A DNA stretch of 63,964 nt, filler included, from Candidatus Rokuibacteriota bacterium (GCA_031406795.1; 8 parts of 8 records of this genome joined end to end with filler, not necessarily neighbours in it), one strand, 5' to 3'. Positions 48,016-59,411 are shown, counted from the whole stretch's first letter. Program-made: numbers and translations. The notes: generated from the letters alone by a model not told the origin.

Positions 48016-49197
48016 ATGATCCGCGTTGTCCACATCATCACCAAGCTCGAACTGGGCGGGGCGCAGGAGAACACGCTCCATACGCTCGCCCATCTCGATC
48101 CGACGCGCTTCTCCGGGCTCCTCGTCACCGGCCCCGACGGGGTGCTCGTCGCCGACGCCCTTCGGGACCCACGGTACGACAAACGTTTTGTCCGTTCGCT
48201 GGCGCGCGAGGTGCATCCCGGCCGTGATGGCCTCGCGCTCGCCGCGCTCGTCGGGATTCTGCGGCGGGAGAGGCGCACGGCGCACGGCCGCGGCGGGGAC
48301 GGCGTTCCCCCGCTGATCGTGCACACGCACAGCAGCAAGGCGGGCATCCTCGGCCGCGCGGCGGCGCGGATCGTGGGGGTGCCGGTGGTGATTCACACGG
48401 TGCACGGCTTCGGCTTCCACCCGCGCCAGAGGGCGGGCGTGCGCCGGTTCTACGTCGCGCTCGAGCGGCTGGCCGCCCGGTGGACGAGCCACTTCATCGC
48501 CGTCGCGCGGGCCGACCTCGAGGAGGGGGTGGCGCTCGGCATCTTCGCCCGGGAGCGCGCCAGCGTCATCCGCAGCGGGATCGAGATCGCGCGCTACGCG
48601 GGGAGCGGGCTCGAACGGGAGTCGGCGGTCCGTGCCCTCGGGTTCGACCCGGCGCGTCCGCTGGTGGGGATGGTCGCCTGTCTCAAGCCGCAGAAGAACC
48701 CCGTGGATTTCGTCAGGGCGGCCGCGCTCGTTACCGCGAGAGTGCCGGGAGCGCAGTTTCTGCTGGCCGGGGACGGGGTCATGCGTCCGGCGGTCGAGGA
48801 GGCGGTTCGACGCTCCGGAATTGGCGGGCAGGTGCGCCTGCTCGGGTGGCGGCGCGACATTGAGACGATCATTCCCTGCCTTGACGTGTTGGTCCTCACT
48901 TCGCTCTGGGAGGGGCTGCCGCGGGTGTTTCCGCAGGCAATGGCGGCCGGCCGGCCGATCGTCGCCTATCGGGTGGCTGGCGCGCCCGAGGCGGTGACGG
49001 AGGGTGTCACCGGCCATCTGGTTGCGCCCGGCGACTATACCGCTGCCGCGGAGCGGATCGCCGACCTGCTGGTCGACCCGGCGCTGGCCCGGCGGATGGG
49101 GACGGCGGGACGCGAACGCGTCGGTGAATTCGACGCCGGCCTGATGGTGCGTCGCCAGGAAGAGTTGTACTGCCGGCTCTGGACTGAGGTCTCGTGA
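48016..49197 (+). CDS. Glycosyltransferase family 4
   Basis: LELGGAQ, HTHSSKAG, HTVHG, SLWEGLP...AMAAG.P. Confidence 0.93.
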   Translation: MIRVVHIITKLELGGAQENTLHTLAHLDPTRFSGLLVTGPDGVLVADALRDPRYDKRFVRSLAREVHPGRDGLALAALVGILRRERRTAHGRGGDGVPPLIVHTHSSKAGILGRAAARIVGVPVVIHTVHGFGFHPRQRAGVRRFYVALERLAARWTSHFIAVARADLEEGVALGIFARERASVIRSGIEIARYAGSGLERESAVRALGFDPARPLVGMVACLKPQKNPVDFVRAAALVTARVPGAQFLLAGDGVMRPAVEEAVRRSGIGGQVRLLGWRRDIETIIPCLDVLVLTSLWEGLPRVFPQAMAAGRPIVAYRVAGAPEAVTEGVTGHLVAPGDYTAAAERIADLLVDPALARRMGTAGRERVGEFDAGLMVRRQEELYCRLWTEVS

Positions 49198-50498
49198 CGA
49201 GTCACCGTCCCCCCGGCATTCAGATCCCAACCCAAGGCTCGAGAATGTCGAGGAACGTGCGTGCCATGCTGCTGCGGATCATCCTCGCGCTCGGCGCGGC
49301 GTTTCTGATGGGCGAAGCCATCGTCCGGATCGCCTCGAGCTTTCTGCCGGACGTGCGGTATCTCTCTTCGGTCCGGGTCAAGTCCCGGCCGCACCACTAC
49401 CCTTCCCTCGAGGCGTTTCTCAAGGCTCAACCGCATCTCGTCCCCTACCGCGACTGGCGCAACTACTACAACAACTCCCTGGGTTTCAACGATCTCGAGT
49501 TCGAAATCCCCAAGCCTCCGGGACGTTACCGTATCGTGGCCTTGGGGGACTCTTTCTGCTTCTCGATGGCCCCGTACCCGGCCGCCGTTCAGACGCTGAT
49601 CGAGCGGCAACTCGCCAGGAAATGCAACCGGGACCTCGATCTGCTGAACGCCGGGGTCCCCGCGGTCGGTCTCTGGGAAGACCGTGAACTCTTCGAACTG
49701 CTGCTGCCGGTCTGGCGACCCGATGCCCTGGTGCTGCACTTCTATCTCGGGAATGACGGCCCGGATCTCTTCAAGCGCCAGGACGACCTCCCTTTTCGTC
49801 AGGAGCCGGCGATCCACTCCTCATTCCTGACCTATGTCCGGAATGCCATCAAGGTCGTGCGCTCGCGCGAAATCTCACCCGCGGCCCAGATCCCCCCGAG
49901 TCGCAGTCACCCGGATCGCGTCAGGGGAAAGGGCGGCGAGGTCGTCGATCCGACGATCCCTCCCGCCACGGATGAAGATCCCGCGCTCTCCGGCCCCCTC
50001 TTTTCGGTCGAGGCCTTTCGAAAGATCATGGCCGACGAGTTCGGACGGCTCTACGTCCCGGAGGAGGGTGTGAGCCGGGCCTGGAAGCCCTTTGTCGGCA
50101 TCCTCGAAGACATGCGTCGAAAGGCCGAGAGCGCGGGAGTGCGGTTCATAATCGTCCTCTATCCCTCGCGGCTGCAGATCTACCCGGATTCAAGCAAAGA
50201 GTTGCTGACCGCGGTCAAGGAACTGCCTGGGTATCAGAATCTCGCGGAGGACCGGATCGACGAGAGGGCGCCGAACCGCTATCTTCTGGATTGGTGCGCC
50301 CGGTCCGGGGTGGCTTGCCTTGACCTCACCCCGTTCCTGGCCCGCGAGGCGCCTCTGCAACCCGGGCCGCTCTACAGCGGGCGTGACACGCATTGGAACA
50401 TCCTCGGAAACAGGCTGGCGGCTGCGGGGGAGGCGGCGTTTCTCGAGCGTGAATTATGCGACCGGAAGGTCGATGGACCGGCATCGGGTCAGGAATGA
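49194..50498 (+). CDS. Membrane-anchored SGNH hydrolase (AlgJ/AlgX-like)
   Basis: NSLGF, ALGDSF, YLGND, DTHWN..GN. Confidence 0.82.
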   Translation: MTSHRPPGIQIPTQGSRMSRNVRAMLLRIILALGAAFLMGEAIVRIASSFLPDVRYLSSVRVKSRPHHYPSLEAFLKAQPHLVPYRDWRNYYNNSLGFNDLEFEIPKPPGRYRIVALGDSFCFSMAPYPAAVQTLIERQLARKCNRDLDLLNAGVPAVGLWEDRELFELLLPVWRPDALVLHFYLGNDGPDLFKRQDDLPFRQEPAIHSSFLTYVRNAIKVVRSREISPAAQIPPSRSHPDRVRGKGGEVVDPTIPPATDEDPALSGPLFSVEAFRKIMADEFGRLYVPEEGVSRAWKPFVGILEDMRRKAESAGVRFIIVLYPSRLQIYPDSSKELLTAVKELPGYQNLAEDRIDERAPNRYLLDWCARSGVACLDLTPFLAREAPLQPGPLYSGRDTHWNILGNRLAAAGEAAFLERELCDRKVDGPASGQE

Positions 50499-50600
50499 TC
50501 CCGTAACACTGCGAGGGGAGGTCCGCAGCGCCGCGAACTCGCAGCCCACACAGGATCCAAAGTTACTCGTTGTCCCAAACGGTCGCCGCCTCGTTCCGGC

Positions 50601-51734
50601 CTACAGCGGCCGGACCTCGGCCAGCGGCAGGCTGATCCGGCACCAGCCCTTCCCCATCAGGAAATCGCCATCGAGTTGGTAGGCCACCTGACGGAAGATG
50701 GCCAGCCGGACGTCCTGGTCCTCCTTGAAGACCTGGAAAGCCGTGCTGTAGAAGATCACGGCGGCGTGCGTCGGCTCCCGCTTCACCTCGATGAGGATCG
50801 TCTCGCTGCTCCCCGAACTGCACATGAGGTATTTCCTGAATTCGTCGAAGAGAGCTTGCGCGGCTTCGCGGACGACCAGCACTTCGCACGCCAGCAGCTG
50901 CCGGTCGCCGAGGAGCCGATAGCGGGGGTCGGCGAGGAAGAACCGGAGGTGCAGGTCGAGGCGGTCACGATCCTTCCGCTGCCGGCTCGGGAAGAGGAAG
51001 CCCACCAGCGCCATGAACGAGCAGAAGTCCTCCTCCAGCCGCCGGGACTGAGCGCAGATCATCTCCGCATAGGAATCGATTCTCTCCGGATCCCGGGTCT
51101 TCCGCAGTCTTCTCGCGAAGCCGCCGATGATGGTCAGGGGGTTGCGGAAGAGGTGCGCGTACTCGGCGAGGGCTTTCTGGAGCGTGCGGTGGTTGACCTC
51201 GGCGATCTCCTCGCTCAGGTGCAGCAGACTCCGCTCGGTCGCGCTCTTGCAGGTTTCGAGGTGATCCCGCTCCCGCGTGGTGAACCCCTTTCCGCTGGGG
51301 GGCACTTTGTCGAGGACGATCAGCCACTGCACCTCGTTCCGGCCGATAGGTACGATCGCGACGGACTGGATGTTCTTGCTCCTGATGTGGCTGGACATGT
51401 AACAGGCGACGGCGTCATCGTGCGCGGCGTCGTCGATGGTCACGATCTCGTTCCATTCGATTGCCTGCAGCAGCGCCTTTTTCGGGACGGGGGTGCGGAG
51501 GTGACCGACTTCCCCGATGCCGTGGCGCTCGCTGTACGCGGGCATCCCGGTGATGATCTTGTAGCAGTCGTTCGGGAGGAGGCGCTTGATCACGTATTGG
51601 GGATTGGCGGGCGTCACCTGGAACGCCATGCTCAATGCGACGTCCTGGAGCAGCACCTCGACATCGGAGAGGCCCGCGTGTGCCGGCTGGGCAAGACCCT
51701 CCTCTTCGAGAACCTCTCCTCTTTCCATGAACAT
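50601..51734 (-). CDS. GAF + HisKA protein with a degenerate ATPase domain
   Basis: GAF-like region (IQSVAIVPI), AHLFRNPLTIIGGFARRL H-box, no N or G boxes. Confidence 0.7.
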   Translation of the reverse strand: MFMERGEVLEEEGLAQPAHAGLSDVEVLLQDVALSMAFQVTPANPQYVIKRLLPNDCYKIITGMPAYSERHGIGEVGHLRTPVPKKALLQAIEWNEIVTIDDAAHDDAVACYMSSHIRSKNIQSVAIVPIGRNEVQWLIVLDKVPPSGKGFTTRERDHLETCKSATERSLLHLSEEIAEVNHRTLQKALAEYAHLFRNPLTIIGGFARRLRKTRDPERIDSYAEMICAQSRRLEEDFCSFMALVGFLFPSRQRKDRDRLDLHLRFFLADPRYRLLGDRQLLACEVLVVREAAQALFDEFRKYLMCSSGSSETILIEVKREPTHAAVIFYSTAFQVFKEDQDVRLAIFRQVAYQLDGDFLMGKGWCRISLPLAEVRPL

Positions 51735-51805
51735 GACTCCGCCTCCCCGAGTGTCAGCGCACACCGAATATATTCCGCTTCTCTCTATTCAATCTAGGCT
51801 TTTTT

Positions 51806-52285
51806 TCAGCGGCCCGCCAGCACCGCTTCCAGGCGGGCGGCGATGCGCGCCCGCGTTGGCATCAGCAGGGCGAGGACGGTCAGGGAGGCGGCGCACAGCG
51901 CCAGGTGTGTCGCGAGCGTCCCGTCGAGGAGCAATTGCGCGAAGCCCAGCACGGCTGGCAACTCGGCGATCGACCACAGCGCCAGGTGTCCGGCGAGCAG
52001 GTGGCGCTGGGCAAAGGAAAGGTCGGGGATCGCCACGACGCTCGCGATGCGCTCGGGGGTGAGGATCGCCCGGTCGAGCCAGATCGCTGCGACCGCGCAC
52101 AGAGCGCCGAGGGCGGCAATCGCCAGCGCGATCGGTGTGGCCGCGAGGGTGGTCGCCGGAGAGACGACCGGCGAAGCGAACACCCCCAGGCCGACCCACG
52201 CGAGGCTGGCGGCAAGCATGAATGACCAGCAGCAGCGCAGCGACGGCAGCACGGATTGAAGGTGTCTTTCGACATCCGGCCGCAC
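51806..52285 (-). CDS. Hypothetical membrane protein
   Basis: About four TM segments; W.IAE.P..LG motif. Confidence 0.6.
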   Translation of the reverse strand: MRPDVERHLQSVLPSLRCCWSFMLAASLAWVGLGVFASPVVSPATTLAATPIALAIAALGALCAVAAIWLDRAILTPERIASVVAIPDLSFAQRHLLAGHLALWSIAELPAVLGFAQLLLDGTLATHLALCAASLTVLALLMPTRARIAARLEAVLAGR

Positions 52286-52290
52286 GACGG

Positions 52291-53403
52291 TTAGCCCCTG
52301 CGCCGCGGGGGATTGAGCGCTTTGAGCGCCGCGTGCACAAAGCGGCCGTCAACCATGACGGGTTTGCCGTCGAAGCTCACCCGGCTGCCCTTGCCGAAGA
52401 TCTTCACCAGGTCCCAGTGGATGGAGGAGCGATTGCCGTTGTCGCACTTCGCGTAGGCGTTTCCCAGCGCCATGTGGATCGAGCCGAAGATCTTCTCGTC
52501 GAAAAGTATGTTGCGCATCGGCCGGGTGATGTGCGGATTCAGGCCGAAGGCGAACTCGCCCAGAGAGCGCGCGCCGGGGTCGATGTCGAGGATTCTGCCG
52601 AGCCGGGCCTCGCCGTCGGCGGCGATCCCGGAGACGACCTTGCCGGCGCTGAAGGTCAGGCGAATGTCGTCGAAAGCCTGACCGCCGTGAATGGTCGGGC
52701 AGTTGAAGGCGATGTGCCCTTCTACGGAGCCCTTCACCGGCGCGGTGAACACCTCCCCGTCCGGGAGATTGTGATGACCGTCGGACTTCGCGATGTCGAT
52801 GCCGCGGATACTCAGGCGCAGGTCGGTGTCCGGGGCTTCGATGTGCACGCGGTCGGTCCGCGCCATCAGCCGCTTCAGCGGTTCCTGGCGCCGCGAGATG
52901 GCGGCCCAGTCGAGGTTGCAGGCGCCGTAGAGGTGGTCTTCGAGTTCTTCGAGCGAGAGACCGGCCTGCTGCGCCATGCCGTGGGTCGGATACCGGCAGA
53001 TGACCCAGCGGGTCCGATTGACCCGCCAGTCGAGCAGGGGGCGCAGGACTTTCTGGTGCGTGAGGTATTTCTGCTGGTCGACCCCGGCCAGAACCATGGT
53101 GTTCTGCTCGGCCGCGATGCCGATCGAAACGTCGACCTGCTTGAGGAAGGCCAGGCGGTGCGCAGGGAAATGGGCGATCTGCTCCGCGGTCCCGAGGCGG
53201 TACAGGTCGCGGGCGATCTCCGGGAAGGAGAACTGTATCTCGACATAGCGCGCGCCGCGCTCCAGGCAGGCGCGGTGAACCGCCTTGAGCAGCGGCTGAC
53301 ACTCCTCGCCCGAGGCGGTGATCAGGACGATGTCGCCGCGCTTGACGCGCGTGGAGTAGCCGGTGATGATGCCGGCCAGGCGGTCGATACGTGCATCCTG
53401 CAT
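52291..53403 (-). CDS. Aminopeptidase, M29 (AmpS/aminopeptidase T) family
   Basis: NLPDGEVFTAP, LGEFAFG, LFDEKIFGSIHMALG, SSIHWDLV. Confidence 0.93.
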   Translation of the reverse strand: MQDARIDRLAGIITGYSTRVKRGDIVLITASGEECQPLLKAVHRACLERGARYVEIQFSFPEIARDLYRLGTAEQIAHFPAHRLAFLKQVDVSIGIAAEQNTMVLAGVDQQKYLTHQKVLRPLLDWRVNRTRWVICRYPTHGMAQQAGLSLEELEDHLYGACNLDWAAISRRQEPLKRLMARTDRVHIEAPDTDLRLSIRGIDIAKSDGHHNLPDGEVFTAPVKGSVEGHIAFNCPTIHGGQAFDDIRLTFSAGKVVSGIAADGEARLGRILDIDPGARSLGEFAFGLNPHITRPMRNILFDEKIFGSIHMALGNAYAKCDNGNRSSIHWDLVKIFGKGSRVSFDGKPVMVDGRFVHAALKALNPPRRRG

Positions 53404-53547
53404 CTGCAGCCTCCTTGTAGGTCAGTCCGCCAATCGGTCCCGCAAAGAAATGAGCCCGAACTTGGTGACATAGTTTAGCAGGGCGCTGAAAAACCGGAAA
53501 CACGATCCGTGAAGGCGCACGCAACCCGGGGCAATTGGCTGGGCGCA

Positions 53548-53621
53548 GGGGTGGCGCGGAGGGGAGGTCTCCATCGGCGGAACAGAGTGAGCACGATGGA
53601 GGTCCGTAGCGTCAGGACCCC
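53548..53621. repeat. Family E dispersed repeat upstream of the rrn promoters
   Basis: Reverse complement matches 37020-37114. Confidence 0.75.
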
Positions 53622-53672
53622 GAAGCCCGTACGGGAATGAAAGGTCTCTGGTAGGTCCGGTGAAGAATGAAC

Positions 53673-53819
53673 TTGACATCGCGTCGGAATCAGCTATATT
53701 ACGCGACGTTGTATCGTTCTTTCTGAGGCGGGGCAGGTTATCCGAAAAAGAGGTTGACAGGGCCGGTGAGCAGCTGGTACTATAAATCTCTTCCCCTCGG
53801 GGAGGCTGTTCTTTGAAAA
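53673..53819 (+). promoter_or_regulatory. rRNA operon P1/P2 sigma-70 promoters and boxA antiterminator
   Basis: TTGACA-16-TATATT (53673), TTGACA-18-TACTAT (53754), boxA TGTTCTTTGAAAA (53807). Confidence 0.8.
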
Positions 53820-53906
53820 CTAGGCAGACGTGCTTACTGACTTTCGGGTTAAGGCTCTGTACGAGCCACAAGATGTAAACCCCTGAAATCAGGGGATTGA
53901 ATTTTC

Positions 53907-54922
<1,016 letters not shown>

Positions 54923-55173
54923 NNNNNNNNNNNNNNNNNNNNNNNNNNNNNNNNNNNNNNNNNNNNTTAATTAATTAANNNNNNNNNNNNNNNNNNNNNN
55001 NNNNNNNNNNNNNNNNNNNNNNCGAGGGGCTGACGCCATTATTGCTTTGCGCTGCTCCCGACTCAGCGGGCGGTTCGAAGATTTCTGGGAGCGACGCTCA
55101 AAATGCGCCGCGTGATCAATGCGGCCCCCGATGGTGCTCACTCAACAATCCTGTCGTGCACCCGCGATGCCCA

Positions 55174-55276
55174 GATCCGCGCGTACGCGCGGATCCAGCA
55201 GAACAGCTGGCATCTCCCCTCACCGGGAAAAGCCTGATTTCGCTCCTCAACTGATCCGCGCGTTACGCGCGAATTT
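55174..55276. repeat. Family C paired-palindrome element
   Basis: GATCCGCGCGTACGCGCGGATCCAGCA...GATCCGCGCGTTACGCGCGAATTT. Confidence 0.75.
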
Positions 55277-55323
55277 CGGGGTGCGGGTTGAGCCGCGACG
55301 CGACCGGGTGTTACGATGAACCC

Positions 55324-56553
55324 ATGAATGTCCCCCTCGTCCCTCTGCTGCTGGCCGCGGCGCTCGCGCTGAGCGCGACCCCGACGCAGGCGGCCTCCCC
55401 CGCCGCGCTCGCCAACGAGGCCGGAGTCGCGCTCTTTCGCGCCGGCACCATTGCCGAGGCGCGGGCGAAATTCGAGGAGGCGCTCGCCCTCGACCCCGGT
55501 TTCGCGGCGGCGAGGAGCAACCTCGCCACGGCGCTCGCGACGCAGGGACAGGAGGAGCTGCGGGCGGGGAATTTCGACGACGCGCGCTCCCATCTGGAAC
55601 GCGCCGCGGATCTGGCCCCCGCAGCGGCCGCGCCGCAGCTGCTCCTGGGCGTCCTGCACTCGCGTCGCGGGGATGGCTACGAGGCACGGCGGAGGATCGA
55701 TCAGGCGCTCGAACTCGCCCCCGGGCTCGCCGAGGCTCGCGAAGTCTCCGGCGACCTGTACTACCAGGAGGGCGCGCTGGAGAAGGCGCGCGCCGAGTGG
55801 GAAAAAGCCCTGGCCGACAGCGGAGCCCCGCGCCACTCGCTGAACGAGAAGATCGCCCGTGTCGGACGCGAATTGAGCGCCGCGGGTGGCTTCGAGCGCG
55901 ACATCAGCAGTCACTTCACCCTGCAATACGACGGTCCGGTGCCCCGCGAGGTCGCCCGCACCGCGCTGCTGATCCTCGAGAAGGCCTATGACCGCCTCTG
56001 GCGCGAGTTCGGCAGCTCGCCCCGGCACGACGTGCCGGTGATTCTCTACACCCGCGGGCTCTTCGACGAGATCACCCGCAGCCCGGCCTGGGTCGGCGGA
56101 ACGTACGACGGGAAGATCCGGGTGCCGGTCGGCGGCCTCCAGACCGAGTGCGACGCCCGGCGGCTCGAGCCGATCCTGACGCACGAGCTGACCCACGCCT
56201 TCATCCGCGCGAATGTCCCCGGACGCCTGCCGCTCTGGCTCGAAGAGGGGCTCGCCGGGTACTTCGAAGGTCTCTCGCCCGAGACCGCCCAGCGCACCCT
56301 GCGCGCGTCCGGGGGAGGGTTTGCGACTTTGGAAGAGGTGAGCGTGGCGCTGCGCGGCGGATCGCGGGTCGCCGCCGCCTATGCCGCCGCCGCGCTCGCG
56401 GTCAGCGAGATGGTGCGCCTGAACGGCTTCTGGCTGCCCTCGCGCACGCTCGATCTGATGGCCACCGGCCGGTCATTCCCCGAGGCCTTTCACGACGTGG
56501 CCGGCATGGACTTGCGGGAATTCGAGGAACTCTGGGTCCGCGCGCAGCGCTGA
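55324..56553 (+). CDS. Exported TPR protein with a peptidase MA-like (gluzincin) domain
   Basis: Signal peptide, TPRs, GG.YDGKIRVP, THELTH...WLEEGLA. Confidence 0.87.
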   Translation: MNVPLVPLLLAAALALSATPTQAASPAALANEAGVALFRAGTIAEARAKFEEALALDPGFAAARSNLATALATQGQEELRAGNFDDARSHLERAADLAPAAAAPQLLLGVLHSRRGDGYEARRRIDQALELAPGLAEAREVSGDLYYQEGALEKARAEWEKALADSGAPRHSLNEKIARVGRELSAAGGFERDISSHFTLQYDGPVPREVARTALLILEKAYDRLWREFGSSPRHDVPVILYTRGLFDEITRSPAWVGGTYDGKIRVPVGGLQTECDARRLEPILTHELTHAFIRANVPGRLPLWLEEGLAGYFEGLSPETAQRTLRASGGGFATLEEVSVALRGGSRVAAAYAAAALAVSEMVRLNGFWLPSRTLDLMATGRSFPEAFHDVAGMDLREFEELWVRAQR

Positions 56554-56566
56554 GCTTGCCCGCCGG

Positions 56567-56595
56567 TTGTTTTCGGCGCCGCAGTTGAATATAAT
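56567..56595 (+). promoter_or_regulatory. Putative sigma-70 promoter
   Basis: TTGTTT-17-TATAAT upstream of an AAGGAG RBS. Confidence 0.5.
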
Positions 56596-56645
56596 GCCGG
56601 CAGCAGTGGGTCGACACACGGGGATAGCCTGCGAAGGAGCCCGCC

Positions 56646-57614
56646 ATGAGCGCCGTCGGTCGTTGGTCTACCCGGGGCAAGGCGCTGGTGCTCCCCCTGC
56701 TCGGTACGGCGGCACTGGGGTTGCTGGTTGCCTGCGGGCAGGCGCCCTCCGCGGACAAAGCCCGCCCGGCCCCCGGCCCGGCGCCTGCGGGTTCCTCAAT
56801 CACGATCGCGCTGCTGCCCGAGCGTAACGTCTTCGAGCAGAAGAAACGCTACCAGCCGGTGCAGGAGTACCTCTCGGCCGCGATCGGGCGGCCGGTCGCC
56901 TTCAAGCTCCTCGACAACTACCAGGTGATCTTCTCCGAGATCCTCGAACGCCGCGTCGAGGGCGCCTTCTTCGGCAGCATGAACGGCGCCATCGCCCAGA
57001 TCCAGGGAGGCGTCGAGTTCCTCGCCCGTCCCGTCGACCTGAGCGGCGTCTCGACCTACTCCGGCGTGATCTTCGCCAAGCACGACAGCGGAATCGGCAA
57101 GGATCCGAAAACCTGGAAGGGCAAGCGGATCGCCCTCGTCAACAAGGTGACGACCGCCGGGTATCTCTACCCGCTGAGCCTGTTGCGCGCCTCCGGCTAT
57201 CGGGGGGATCCCGCGGCCTACTTCAAGCAGGTGACCTTCACCGGCAGCCACGACGCCGCGATCCTGGCCGTTTTCAACGGGGAGTCGGATTTCGGGGCCT
57301 GCAAGAACACCGTTTACGAGGAGTACACCCGCCTCCACCCGGAGATCCAGCGGAACCTCACCGTGCTGGCGAACTCCGCGCAGGTCCCTTCCAACGGCCT
57401 CGGGGTGCGTCCCGACCTGGACGCGGAACTCAAGCGCCAGCTGCGCGAGGCGCTGGTCACGATGAACACCCGCCCGGACGGGCAGCGCGCGCTGCGACAG
57501 TTCCAAGCCCAGCGTTTCGTCGAGACCGGCGCGACCGACTACCAGCCGGTTCTCGCGATGGCCCGGGAGGCCGGCATCGACCTCGCCGCCTGGCCGCTGC
57601 GGGAAGTTCACTAG
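56646..57614 (+). CDS. PhnD/PtxB-family phosphate/phosphite/phosphonate-binding lipoprotein
   Basis: Lipobox LVAC, TTAGYLYP, FTGSHDAAILAV, VPSNG..VR. Confidence 0.88.
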   Translation: MSAVGRWSTRGKALVLPLLGTAALGLLVACGQAPSADKARPAPGPAPAGSSITIALLPERNVFEQKKRYQPVQEYLSAAIGRPVAFKLLDNYQVIFSEILERRVEGAFFGSMNGAIAQIQGGVEFLARPVDLSGVSTYSGVIFAKHDSGIGKDPKTWKGKRIALVNKVTTAGYLYPLSLLRASGYRGDPAAYFKQVTFTGSHDAAILAVFNGESDFGACKNTVYEEYTRLHPEIQRNLTVLANSAQVPSNGLGVRPDLDAELKRQLREALVTMNTRPDGQRALRQFQAQRFVETGATDYQPVLAMAREAGIDLAAWPLREVH

Positions 57615-57619
57615 GCCCG

Positions 57620-59365
57620 GTGCCCGTGAGTCTGCGCGTCCGGGCGCTTCTCGCAACGGTTTTTCTGCTCTGCGTCGCCGGCGCCGGCGCGGTGTTCATC
57701 GTCGGCAACTTGCGATTCCTCGTCGCCAACCAGAAGCTGATCATCTTCAAGGACCAGATCTTCCACGACCACGAACGGGCTCGCGAGCTCATTCAGTCCG
57801 CCCAGGCGCGCCTCTACCAGCACCAGGCCGGCTACACCCGGGACATCGACCGGCTGATCGAGGACATCGCAACGTTCGAGACGATCATGAGCTCGATCGT
57901 CCCGCACTACCGCGAGCACGTCCGCGAGGAGGATTGCCGCAACTGCCACGACGACGGGCTGCGAAAGGTCGAGGGGCTCGAGGAGACCGTGCGCAGCATC
58001 CTGCTCAATCTCGACCGTTATCGCGAGAGCGTCAGCATCATCATCACGACGAACGACCGCCAGACCCGCCTGCTGCACAACGGCATCGCGAACGCCCGGG
58101 GCGAGGAGATTCTCGCGACCATCCAGCGGGTCAACGCCAGTGCCGCGCTCATGGTCCGGCAGTTGCGCGAGAAGAACCAGCGGCTGCTCACGCGCTCGGA
58201 GCGATCCATCCAGGCCTCCGTCGGCGTCGTCGGCATCATTTTCATCCTGACCCTCGCCTATCTGCTCTGGGCCATGAACCGCCTGTTCGCCGCGCTGCTG
58301 CGCGGGACCGAGTCGGTGATCCGCGACGATCTCTCCTACCGCCTGCCGATGGCCGCGCGCCACGACGAGATCGGACTGCTGGCGACCCGCTTCAACCTGA
58401 TGGCCGAGCACCTCCTGGCCCGGGACCTGCAGATCCGCGAGAAAAGCTCCGAGCTGCAAGACGCGAACCGCAACCTTCACGACCTCAACGCGACCCTCGA
58501 GCAGAAGGTCGGCGAGCGCACCGGCGATCTGCAGGCGTCCCTCGAGCAGGTCCGTCGCACCGGCGCCGCGCTCGAGGATTCCAAACGGCGGCTCGAGGCC
58601 GCCAACCAGGAGTTGGTGCGCGCCAACCAGGCCAAGGCCAATTTCCTGTCGATCATCTCCCACGAACTCAAGACGCCGCTCTCGGTCATCAACGGTTTCC
58701 TGTCCCTGATCCTCGACGAGCGCTATGAGAACGACGCGCAGCACCTGCGCGAGGCGGTGCAGATCTCGAAGCGCCGCGGCGAGCAGCTCTCACGCATGAT
58801 CGACGAACTGATCGATCTCTCCCGTCTTGATGCGCGCTCGATGGTGTTGCGCCGCGTGCCCACCGACATCGGGGCGATCCTGCGCGAGGTCGGCGACAAT
58901 TTCCAGGAGGAGTTCCGCCGCCGTTCGCTGCGCTTCTCCCTGCGCCTCTCCCCCGACCTGCCGGCGCTCGTCTGCGACCCCGACAAGCTGCGACAGGTCT
59001 TCACCAACCTGATCGGCAACGCGCTGAAGTTCTCCCCGGACGGCGGCGAAATCGAACTCGGCGCCGAGAACCGCAGCGACGAAATCCTGCTCACCTGCCG
59101 CGATACGGGCATCGGAATCGCGGCCGCCGAGCGCGAGCGGATCTTCGAGAAGTTCTATCAGATCGACTCCTCCGCCACGCGGCGCTTCGGCGGCGCCGGC
59201 CTCGGGCTGAGCATCGTCCGTGAAATCGTTCTCCTGCACGGGGGTCAGATCTGGGTCGAGAGCACGCCCGGGCACGGCAGCATCTTCTTCATCACCCTGC
59301 CGAAAGTCCAGCCGCCCGCGGGCGGGATAGAGGCCGCCGCACTTCCGCCCTCCCCCCTGGCCTGA
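57620..59365 (+). CDS. HAMP sensor histidine kinase with a periplasmic CXXCH motif
   Basis: TM-periplasmic(CRNCH)-TM-HAMP (DEIGLLA..FN.M), SHELKTPL, NALKF, DTGIGI, GAGLGL. Confidence 0.92.
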   Translation: MPVSLRVRALLATVFLLCVAGAGAVFIVGNLRFLVANQKLIIFKDQIFHDHERARELIQSAQARLYQHQAGYTRDIDRLIEDIATFETIMSSIVPHYREHVREEDCRNCHDDGLRKVEGLEETVRSILLNLDRYRESVSIIITTNDRQTRLLHNGIANARGEEILATIQRVNASAALMVRQLREKNQRLLTRSERSIQASVGVVGIIFILTLAYLLWAMNRLFAALLRGTESVIRDDLSYRLPMAARHDEIGLLATRFNLMAEHLLARDLQIREKSSELQDANRNLHDLNATLEQKVGERTGDLQASLEQVRRTGAALEDSKRRLEAANQELVRANQAKANFLSIISHELKTPLSVINGFLSLILDERYENDAQHLREAVQISKRRGEQLSRMIDELIDLSRLDARSMVLRRVPTDIGAILREVGDNFQEEFRRRSLRFSLRLSPDLPALVCDPDKLRQVFTNLIGNALKFSPDGGEIELGAENRSDEILLTCRDTGIGIAAAERERIFEKFYQIDSSATRRFGGAGLGLSIVREIVLLHGGQIWVESTPGHGSIFFITLPKVQPPAGGIEAAALPPSPLA

Positions 59366-59411
59366 CTCCGGAAGGACCGCCGCCGATCTACCCGGGTGCA
59401 GCGCCTGCGGA

